Origin: Bacteroidales bacterium
GTDB taxonomy: Bacteria > Bacteroidota > Bacteroidia > Bacteroidales > JAGONC01
Assembly: GCA_023133655.1 (NCBI GenBank)
Contig: JAGLWB010000328.1
Coordinates: 7,681-71,680, forward strand
Length of the DNA stretch: 64,000 bases
Direction of reading: 5' to 3'
Part shown: one piece after another, positions 38,413 through 45,811 of the stretch
Layout of the letters: each line of letters starts with the position of its first letter
Numbering within the stretch: position 1 is the stretch's first letter
The notes under the pieces: model-generated
What the model saw: the letters and a program-made list of their open reading frames with translations, nothing else
Databases searched by the model: none
What the model was told of the DNA's origin: nothing
Program-made: the position numbers and the translations under genes

Positions 38413-39759
38413 TTATCTGGCAATTGAGATGATTTCAATTAATTGTTTGGTCAATTCGGTATCCGGTGCGCATTTGAGGGTTTCCATCGCTTCTTTTTCA
38501 TTGCCGGTGAGTAATAATGCCAGGCCATAGTTGTGGTTACAGGTCGTACCATTCAGGTGTTTTAGAGCTTCCGTATAATTTCCGGTTTGTAAAGCCTGTA
38601 TGCCTGAAAAATAGCTCATATCCATGCCATTTTTCATGGCTAGCTGAATATATGTCTGAGCCTTCCCGGTATCACCGGTTTTTAGCGCAATGGCAGCCAT
38701 GTTATTAGCAATTATTGGGTTTTTCGGTGATAGAGATGAAGCTTTGTTAAGGTATGGCACTGCTTTGTTGAACTCTTCGGCCATTATGTAAGTGCAGGCA
38801 AGGTTGTTAGGAGCCCGCCACTCTTCAGTGTCTTTTTTAGTTGCCTTTTCATAGATTTGTTGTTTTTGCCAGTTGTCTTCCGTTAAAGTAGCAGCGTAAA
38901 TAAGTTCTTTATAAGAGAGTAAATCAGGAGAAGAAATTGACAGGTGTGCAATTTCTTTATTTGACCGTTTTTGTTCAACAAAAATGATAGTGAAGGTTGC
39001 TTTCCTGAGTGAAGGGAAAATAAATTGAGCTATATCATTGTATTCGCCGGATGATTTTAGTATTTGTTCATTGAGGCTGGGATCATCGGTTTTTTGCAAG
39101 TTTGAAACAATGGTGTTTTTGTTGTTGAGGTTGGAGTTTTCCAATGCCTGAACTAGCCCATCCCAGTCTTCCCCATGAGCAAGTATTTCAGTATCATATA
39201 ATTTTTCGGGAGACATGGTTTTGTCAGCTATTTTTGACAAAAATATTGCACCTGACTCAGCTCTTTTCTGTGATAGACTAATATTATTTTTCTCAGGGCC
39301 ATCGGGTGAAGACCATGCCTCTACCTGTGCTTCTTTTATGGCCCATCCGTTATCTATTAATTCTAACAGTTTTTTTAATTTTTGCCATGTAAACATTTCT
39401 TTATTCAAGGCCGAATTTAAATCGATCGTGTACCTGTTTTTTTCGAAATATACTGTAATATCTTTTGTAAGAGCCGTTTCCCTTTTGTCGTAATATTTTG
39501 AGAGGCTCATACTAAAATTTTTTGCTGTTTCACGGTTAGCCCACAAGATTTTTTCATCATGTACTATGAAGTTAGAGACTGCCGTTGTGTCTTCAGCAAA
39601 ATATTCAGTAATAATTTTTTTCAGTTCCGGGGTGGGCGTATCAAAATTGTTCGATTGGCTATTATCGATTTTTTTTTGTATGTTACAACTAGAAACAATT
39701 AGTATGCTAAGGGTGAGGAACAGGATAGATTTAAATTTGGTCTTCATGATATTTTTCAT
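38413..39759 (-). CDS. Envelope lipoprotein with degenerate OmpA-like segment and C-terminal TPR repeats (paralog B)
   Basis: 448 aa. Lipoprotein-type signal (..LSILIVSSC). ..VEAWSSPDGPEKNNISLSQKRAESGAIFL.. aligns with the paralog's OmpA-like core. GEDWDG.. and ..FPSLRKA.. blocks are shared with 36333-38060. TPR-like tail. Confidence 0.55.
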   Translation of the reverse strand: MKNIMKTKFKSILFLTLSILIVSSCNIQKKIDNSQSNNFDTPTPELKKIITEYFAEDTTAVSNFIVHDEKILWANRETAKNFSMSLSKYYDKRETALTKDITVYFEKNRYTIDLNSALNKEMFTWQKLKKLLELIDNGWAIKEAQVEAWSSPDGPEKNNISLSQKRAESGAIFLSKIADKTMSPEKLYDTEILAHGEDWDGLVQALENSNLNNKNTIVSNLQKTDDPSLNEQILKSSGEYNDIAQFIFPSLRKATFTIIFVEQKRSNKEIAHLSISSPDLLSYKELIYAATLTEDNWQKQQIYEKATKKDTEEWRAPNNLACTYIMAEEFNKAVPYLNKASSLSPKNPIIANNMAAIALKTGDTGKAQTYIQLAMKNGMDMSYFSGIQALQTGNYTEALKHLNGTTCNHNYGLALLLTGNEKEAMETLKCAPDTELTKQLIEIISIAR

Positions 39760-39871
39760 TTTTGCAAAGATCGAAAGATTATTTTAAAATAACAGAAAAT
39801 AAAGGCATTAGATCAGTATAATTAAATGCATTCTCTAACGCCTTGGTAAACAACAGACAGTAAAATAAACT

Positions 39872-41626
39872 CTAGTAGCAATTAATTCTATTTTCGTCAA
39901 TCTCAGCTACCCACGCATCTGAATATCCTTTGGATTTAATCACCGCGCAATAGTCATCTGCTTCTTTTCTGGTTTTGAAATTGCCAATGATATATCGTAC
40001 AAGCCCGTCTTTTCCTTTACATCTTCTAACCTCCGAGAGCTTCATAAATTTGGGGTTATTATCTTTGCCAGCACCGATTTGTATAGTAAAGTTCCCAATT
40101 TCTTCAGGTGAATATTTAATGGTTTCATTTACTGGCTCAACAGGAAGGTCCTCATAGGCAGCTTTTCCCTGAATCAGGTGTATCTCCACTCTCCGGTTCC
40201 GTGCCTGGCCCTCTGAGGTAGTGTTCGGAGCGATGGGTCTGCTTTCACCATATCCCATAGCAGCCACCCTTTCGGCCGGAATTCCTTTGTCGATGAAATA
40301 TTGCCTTACAGACTGTGCCCGGTTTTGCGATAATCGGAGGTTCATCTCTTCGTTTCCAACATTATCTGTATGTCCTTCAATGTAAAATCCTGATGACGGA
40401 TATTTTTTCATGATCAAATATATATCATTGAGATTAGTATAGGAGAGGGATTTGATTTTGAAGCTGCCTGTTGCAAATTCAATATTTTCAGCATGGAATT
40501 GCAGGGTTTCTTCAATAACGACTAATTCCTCTTTTTTAATTAATGGGCAGCCGGAATTTTCTATTGCACCTTTTTCATCAGGGCATTTATCATCTTTATC
40601 AGGTACACCATCGCCATCTTTGTCGGGGCAACCATTTAGGGCCACAACACCCGGCAGGGAAGGGCATTCATCATCTTTGTCAGGAACGCCATCATTATCT
40701 TTATCAGGGCATCCGAAGGTGACTTTCGATCCTGGTTCGTTGGGGCACTGGTCATCTATATCAGGGATGCCATCCCTATCGGCATCAGGGCATCCATTAA
40801 GCTCCTTAAGACCTCTTTTCCTGGGGCACTGGTCATCAATATCGGGAATTCCATCACGATCCCTGTCGGGACATCCCTGGAATTCGTGCAGTCCTTTTTT
40901 CGTCGGGCAGCGATCCAGGCTGTCCACTATACCATCCTCATCAGCATCTGGGCATCCTGACATTTCCGGGATCCCCGGATGGTGAGGGCATACATCTTTT
41001 TTATCCGGAATACCATCGCCATCTGTATCTTTTGCCTTACCGAGGCGAAATTTCACGCCTAATGAAAAATGAAAATAATCGTGATAGTTTGCAATATAAT
41101 CATAAGTGCCGTTAAAGTTAACAGCCATGTTATCTATTATCCATGCTTCTAAACCAATTCCATACCCTGTCATTAAATAGGTTTTATTATTCATATGCGT
41201 TGCTCCAACACTACCGGATAAATATGGTGTAAACCAGCTGTATTCATTTAAGATATAGCCATTGGCAAGGCTATATTGAAGTTCAATAGCCCCATTCCAA
41301 AAAAAATCATCGGTCAATGGGATTATTTCATTATCGGCGATTGTCAGGGTGGACCCGTCGATCTTCATGAAGGCCCACGACGCTTCAGCATTAAATGAAG
41401 GATTCAAATACCTACCAGCAGATAACTTTGTAGGCCAGGGTTCACCTATCCAGTTTGCATTGGTGAGCTGTTCAGAGAGTGTCATTTCAACAGCCTGAAA
41501 ATCGACCCAGTGCCAGCTCAGCCCAAAAGTCCAGGGCAACATCTTGTGCTGGGCAAAGGATCTATTTTCAAAGAGAAAAAGTAAGGTAAAAACAAGCAAG
41601 GCTGTGAAAAATAATCTCTTCTTCAT
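39872..41626 (-). CDS. OmpA-family protein: N-terminal barrel-like domain, thrombospondin type-3 (Ca-binding) repeats, OmpA_C domain, C-terminal SPOR-like domain
   Basis: 584 aa. Signal peptide, repeated DxDxDGxPDxxDxCP units ([30 protein letters not shown], ...), OmpA_C core ([31 protein letters not shown]), then FTIQIGAGKD...YIIGNFKTRKEADDY..KGYSDAWV, which resembles SPOR. Confidence 0.85.
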   Translation of the reverse strand: MKKRLFFTALLVFTLLFLFENRSFAQHKMLPWTFGLSWHWVDFQAVEMTLSEQLTNANWIGEPWPTKLSAGRYLNPSFNAEASWAFMKIDGSTLTIADNEIIPLTDDFFWNGAIELQYSLANGYILNEYSWFTPYLSGSVGATHMNNKTYLMTGYGIGLEAWIIDNMAVNFNGTYDYIANYHDYFHFSLGVKFRLGKAKDTDGDGIPDKKDVCPHHPGIPEMSGCPDADEDGIVDSLDRCPTKKGLHEFQGCPDRDRDGIPDIDDQCPRKRGLKELNGCPDADRDGIPDIDDQCPNEPGSKVTFGCPDKDNDGVPDKDDECPSLPGVVALNGCPDKDGDGVPDKDDKCPDEKGAIENSGCPLIKKEELVVIEETLQFHAENIEFATGSFKIKSLSYTNLNDIYLIMKKYPSSGFYIEGHTDNVGNEEMNLRLSQNRAQSVRQYFIDKGIPAERVAAMGYGESRPIAPNTTSEGQARNRRVEIHLIQGKAAYEDLPVEPVNETIKYSPEEIGNFTIQIGAGKDNNPKFMKLSEVRRCKGKDGLVRYIIGNFKTRKEADDYCAVIKSKGYSDAWVAEIDENRINCY

Positions 41627-41730
41627 GGCAGAGGGATATAGTTATTCCTTTTTTAACGAGAAAAGATGCAAAAGGTTCTTAATTTGGCTGCAAGCTGCAA
41701 GCTACAAGTTGAAGAGTCCCGATTTTCATC

Positions 41731-43177
41731 GCATTGGCGTCAACCTAACAGAAATATTAACAATTGATTGTTTAAGACTATTTAACTTTAGTGTCTTGTA
41801 GATTAAAAGGATACGGAAACTTGCATTAAACTTTACCACAAGAAAAATGCAAGCAAACCGTACCCCATTATCGAATGACAATATTAGGCAAATTTTTGGT
41901 AGATATCAAGCAAAATCACTAGCAAAAAAAATAGGAGCAAGCCAACGTAAGGATAGAAAATTTTCTGTAGTTGACATCATCATAAGTTACTGGCAGCTAT
42001 TATCAGTGGGTGAGTTTAGTTACGATAAATGGGCAACACAAATAAGTATACTTACAAACAAAAGTATTAGCGGACAGGCTGTATGGAAGCGCATAGGTCC
42101 GGAGATGGTTGAACTTATCAAACAATTACTCCAAAAATCTTTTAAGCAGAAGTATGATACTCTTATTGATTCGGCACTATTTCAATTTTTTCCTAATGTT
42201 TATATTCAAGACGCAACACATTTCGGTTTGCCTAGATCTCTGTCCTCAATATTTCCAGGGAGCTATTCTAAATTTGGCAAAGCTGCCACAGCAAAAATTC
42301 AGGCAGTTTTCAATATACGAAGGGGCATTTTTTCAGGCTTTGAACTTGCTTCATTTAGAGATAACGACCAAAAGGATGCTAATAGAATAACTAAGAACCT
42401 AAAAGAGAAAGATTTAGTTATTAGAGACTTAGGATATTTTGTATTAAAAGTTTTTTCCAATATTGCAAAACAAAGGGCTTTTTTTTTAAGTCGATTCAGA
42501 TTCGGCGTAATTGTTTTTGATAAAGAAACCATAAAGCCTTTAGATTTGCAAAAATTGCTAAAAAAGAAAAAGGGAATTGTTGATATCCATGTTAAATTAG
42601 GGAGAGAAGAAAAACTTAATTGTAGGTTAGTAGCAGTTCCCGTTCCAGAAGATGTAGCAAACAAAAGGAAGCGAAAAGCTAAAAAAGACAGAAGTAAAAA
42701 AGCAAATCATTCAAAAGAATACCTGAACCTGCTTGGCTACACGATCTATATTACAAACGTTTCTCAAGACATATGGTCTATTGAACAAATCGAAAAAGCC
42801 TACAGAAGCAGATGGTATATTGAGATATTATTTAAGGGATGGAAAAGCAATCTTAATATGAAAATAACCATTCCTAAGAGATATATAAATCAACAGCGTG
42901 TTGAGTTCTTTTTTTATGCTAGCCTTCTGATGGTAAATTTATTAGTTATTCCAATATTTTTCAGGGCACAAAAGTGTGGAATTAAAAAGAAACAATATAT
43001 AAGCATATTGAAAACTTGCGCTTATATATCACAGAATATGGGATTATTTATTAACTCAAAAAAATGGAATTACTTAATTGAGCATATTCATTACTCTTGT
43101 ATGTATGAATCTAGAAATGACAGAATAAATTCAATCGCTCATCTAGTTGATTTTACTCCTTAGGTTGACGCCAATGC
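41731..43177 (+). mobile_element. Intact IS4-family insertion sequence (1447 bp) with 18-bp perfect terminal inverted repeats and 10-bp target-site duplication
   Basis: IR-L 41731-41748 GCATTGGCGTCAACCTAA. IR-R 43160-43177 TTAGGTTGACGCCAATGC is its exact reverse complement. Flanking direct repeats GATTTTCATC lie at 41721-41730 and 43178-43187. A single transposase ORF sits inside, with its stop codon in IR-R. Confidence 0.9.
41847..43163 (+). CDS. IS4-family DDE transposase
   Basis: 438 aa. DDE candidates (..YIQDATHF.., ..LVIRDLGYF..) and an exact Y-(2)-R-(3)-E-(6)-K signature in YRSRWYIEILFKGWK. Confidence 0.9.
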   Translation: MQANRTPLSNDNIRQIFGRYQAKSLAKKIGASQRKDRKFSVVDIIISYWQLLSVGEFSYDKWATQISILTNKSISGQAVWKRIGPEMVELIKQLLQKSFKQKYDTLIDSALFQFFPNVYIQDATHFGLPRSLSSIFPGSYSKFGKAATAKIQAVFNIRRGIFSGFELASFRDNDQKDANRITKNLKEKDLVIRDLGYFVLKVFSNIAKQRAFFLSRFRFGVIVFDKETIKPLDLQKLLKKKKGIVDIHVKLGREEKLNCRLVAVPVPEDVANKRKRKAKKDRSKKANHSKEYLNLLGYTIYITNVSQDIWSIEQIEKAYRSRWYIEILFKGWKSNLNMKITIPKRYINQQRVEFFFYASLLMVNLLVIPIFFRAQKCGIKKKQYISILKTCAYISQNMGLFINSKKWNYLIEHIHYSCMYESRNDRINSIAHLVDFTP

Positions 43178-43217
43178 GATTTTCATCGGGATAAACTCCG
43201 TGACGAGATCCCGGTGT

Positions 43218-43254
43218 AAAAAAAAAAGGGACCTTCAAAGAAAGTCCCTTTTTG
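43218..43254 (-). terminator. Intrinsic terminator of the upstream OmpA/TSP3 gene
   Basis: On the minus strand: A-run, GGGAC stem, 11-nt loop, GTCCC stem, then T10. Lies 19 nt after the stop at 43273. Confidence 0.65.
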
Positions 43255-43272
43255 CTGACGATTAATTATTAT

Positions 43273-44856
43273 TTATTCTTCTTTTTGCAGCATATGAATT
43301 TCCACACGACGGTTATGCGCACGGCCTTCAACCGTTGCATTGGTATCGATTGGTTTTGATTCACCGTAACCGATAGCTGTTAGCCTGTCGGCATCAATGC
43401 CATGGTCAATAAAGTATTGTTGGATAGCAAATGCCCTATTTTGTGACAGATCAAGGTTGAGATCATCGCCGCCAACATTGTCGGTGTGCCCTTCAATAAT
43501 ATATTTAGTAGCAGGATATTCGAGCATGATCTTAATGATATTATTCAGGTTAGGTAAAGAAAAATTCCTTATAGTATATTTTCCTGTTTCAAATTCGATA
43601 TTATCAGCCTCGAATGCAAGTTTTTCTTCAATTTGTTGAATGACCACCTGTTCAATAATTGGGCAGCCATCATTTTCGATTGGCCCGGGTGTGTCAGGGC
43701 ATTTATCATGGATATCTGCAACACCGTCTTCATCTCTGTCAGGGCAGCCATTAAGTGCTACGGGGCCTGGATCGTTCGGGCATTCGTCATCTTTATCCAG
43801 AACACCATCGCCATCGGTATCAGGGCAGCCATTCAATTCTTTCGGGCCAGGAGTATCGGGACACAGATCATCTTTATCAGGAACGCCATCACCATCTCTA
43901 TCTGGACAGCCTTGAGTTTCTTTTGGTCCCGGATCATTTGGACACAGATCGTCTTTATCGGGTATACCATCGCCATCAGTATCAGGGCAACCATTTGATT
44001 CTTTGGGGCCTGGAACTTTCGGACATTCATCAATATTATCGGGTAAACCGTCACCATCGGTATCAGGACAACCCCTGAACTCAAATGGGCCTGGAATATC
44101 CGGGCAGAGATCCAGTGTATCGACCAGGCCATCACCATCGGTGTCGGGGCAACCATCAAATTCGGGCAATCCGGGCATCAGCGGACAGGCGTCTTTTTTA
44201 TCCGGAATACCATCTTTATCGGTATCTTTTGCCGCGCCAAACCTGCCTTTTAATCCAAGGGAGTAATGCATGTAGTCGTGATAATCAGGCATGTAGTCGT
44301 AGGCCGCTTCAAAGTTGAAAGCCAAATGCTCCCAGAACCAGGCTTCCACACCCACACCATAGTCCAGTAGGAAATAAATTGTTCCATTCATTTTTGTGGC
44401 TCCAATTCCTCCAAAGATATAAGGTGTAAACCAGGAATACTCACTTAGTATGTACCCATTGGCAAAGCTGTATTGAAGTTCCAGGTCTAAATTACCGTAA
44501 AACTTATCTTTATCCAGCAGGAGATAGTCATCAAGATATTGGGGCAAACGCTTCCACAACAGGATCGAATCCTGTCCGAATTTCTGAAAAGCAAAAGATG
44601 CTTCGATATTCAATGATGGGATTAAATATCTTCCTATTGAGAATTTAGCAGGGTAAAGCTCTCCGATCCATTCCGCATCGGTAATTTGCTCACCAACAGG
44701 TTTTCCAACGGCGTAAAAGTCAGTCCAGTGCCAGGCTGTGCTGAAAGTCCAGGGCAAGGTTTTGGTTTGTGCTTCTGTTTTAAACGATGAAAATAAAAAT
44801 ATAGCCAGGATAAGGAGCAGGAAAGGGTTTCGAATCGTTGGTACAAGTTTTTTCAT
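43273..44856 (-). CDS. OmpA-family protein with thrombospondin type-3 repeats (paralog of 39872-41626, no SPOR tail)
   Basis: The N-terminal domain aligns with the paralog ([23 protein letters not shown] vs MLPWTFGLSWHWVDFQAV..NWIGE). About 8 DTDGDGxPDxxDxCP units. OmpA_C core [28 protein letters not shown]. The ORF-track start (44892) is a TTG. The ATG at 44856 gives a normal signal peptide ([22 protein letters not shown]). Confidence 0.85.
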   Translation of the reverse strand: MKKLVPTIRNPFLLLILAIFLFSSFKTEAQTKTLPWTFSTAWHWTDFYAVGKPVGEQITDAEWIGELYPAKFSIGRYLIPSLNIEASFAFQKFGQDSILLWKRLPQYLDDYLLLDKDKFYGNLDLELQYSFANGYILSEYSWFTPYIFGGIGATKMNGTIYFLLDYGVGVEAWFWEHLAFNFEAAYDYMPDYHDYMHYSLGLKGRFGAAKDTDKDGIPDKKDACPLMPGLPEFDGCPDTDGDGLVDTLDLCPDIPGPFEFRGCPDTDGDGLPDNIDECPKVPGPKESNGCPDTDGDGIPDKDDLCPNDPGPKETQGCPDRDGDGVPDKDDLCPDTPGPKELNGCPDTDGDGVLDKDDECPNDPGPVALNGCPDRDEDGVADIHDKCPDTPGPIENDGCPIIEQVVIQQIEEKLAFEADNIEFETGKYTIRNFSLPNLNNIIKIMLEYPATKYIIEGHTDNVGGDDLNLDLSQNRAFAIQQYFIDHGIDADRLTAIGYGESKPIDTNATVEGRAHNRRVEIHMLQKEE

Positions 44857-45227
44857 AGTTTTTTTGGTTAGGTTAGTAATTGATAGCTTCAAGAAAAAAA
44901 AAAGTTATTTATTTCGTATCGCGTATACTCGATACCTCAAGTAAGCAAATATACGACCTAATTTTTCAAAAAAAAAATATTCGGAGGAATAATTAGAAAT
45001 GAATTTTTAGTTTTATGGTTAAAATAGTGCAAATCAGCCTTAATTTGAAAATTTTGAAATCCTCCGGTGGGAGGACGAGCAAAGATTGTTTGGAGATGCT
45101 TGAACCTACACTTTGTTCATTTCCATTCTGTTTGACGTCATAGTTTTCCCGACACTAACTGATAAATTAAATATCAGAATATAGGAACTAATTAGCTTTA
45201 TTTATTAAAAGAATATTAAGTTACAAT

Positions 45228-45510
45228 CTATCTATTTGTGATATAAAATTTCCAGGAATCCTCTATCCCTTCTTTTAAGGTTTCACTTCCAAAATAGGGG
45301 ATAACTCCCGGGGCGCTGGCACGATAATCATAGTAGCCCGGTGGCAGTTTAATTGTTCTTTTTAATCTCATCTTTAATCTCCACATATTTTTCATCAATA
45401 AATCCTTCTGTATTCGACAAAATGTCAATAGCTTCATAAAATCCATTGATTTTTTCTTTTGAGATGATAAATATTGGATGACCTTCCGGAACTGATACCA
45501 GGATTTTGGA
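45228..45510 (-). pseudogene. Possible decayed Phd/YefM-YoeB-type toxin-antitoxin remnant (tentative)
   Basis: Hand translation of the minus strand. An open segment with no start codon (45510-45349) reads ..VSVPEGHPIFIISKEKINGFYEAIDILSNTEGFIDEKYVEIKDEIKKNN*, resembling the C-terminal half of YefM-type antitoxins (..SL.EYNSL.ET.YLLSSP.N...L). The next frame (tail of ORF 45228-45446) reads ..PYFGSETLKEGIEDSWKFYITNR*, resembling YoeB ..[28 protein letters not shown].. but truncated before the catalytic C-terminus. This is similarity by memory only. Confidence 0.25.
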
Positions 45511-45753
45511 TCAATTTTTTTATCTGGGTATAAGGGGCTGATAGTCTGTTAGGTATAAAATGTTACATTCGATAATAAATTTTGCATTCATTAATTTAGT
45601 CAATACCTTTTTCCACCAAACCTTGTTTTTCCTAAAATAAGCATATCAATTAACATATTTCTAACTTTTTTCTCAAAAATAACGTTTATACAGTTTTTTT
45701 CAGCTGCGGCTTTTTTCCCCTTAAGCATATTAACTTTTCATAAACAACTACGG

Positions 45754-45779
45754 AAAAATACTAGAAAATTAGTATTTTT
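45754..45779 (+). promoter_or_regulatory. Perfect 10-bp inverted repeat (AAAAATACTA-N6-TAGTATTTTT) 32 nt upstream of the 1240-aa ORF
   Basis: Read directly from the sequence. It could be an operator for a dimeric regulator or a 5'-UTR hairpin. The background is AT-rich, so a chance occurrence is not excluded. Confidence 0.3.
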
Positions 45780-45811
45780 AGAGATTGATTTGAACCTATA
45801 ATCAGAATCCT

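Noticed and set aside
38182-38427. 81-aa plus-strand ORF encoding EKSEKREERSEKREEKSER...
   Set aside because: The charged low-complexity part is simply the translation of the polypurine tandem repeat. The ORF overlaps the 3' end of gene 38413-39759 and has no supporting motif. It is kept only as a repeat feature.
40452-40985. 177-aa plus-strand ORF with a repetitive SGxPS/LSGHP pattern, and its counterparts 43640-43915, 43633-43998, 43755-44078, 44003-44266 and 44085-44318. The underlying ~45-nt DNA periodicity could be mistaken for a tandem-repeat locus or CRISPR-like array.
   Set aside because: The periodicity is the coding repeat of thrombospondin type-3 Ca-binding units (DxDxDGxPDxxDxCP) on the minus strand. 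The plus-strand ORFs are mirror-frame artefacts. There is no repeat/unique-spacer structure.
41627-41720. Short direct repeat GCAAGCTGCAAGCTACAAG (ggctgcaagctgcaagctacaagttg) just outside the left IS end, considered as part of the IS or as a regulatory repeat.
   Set aside because: It lies outside the IR/TSD-defined element and has no counterpart at the right end. It is too short and degenerate to interpret.
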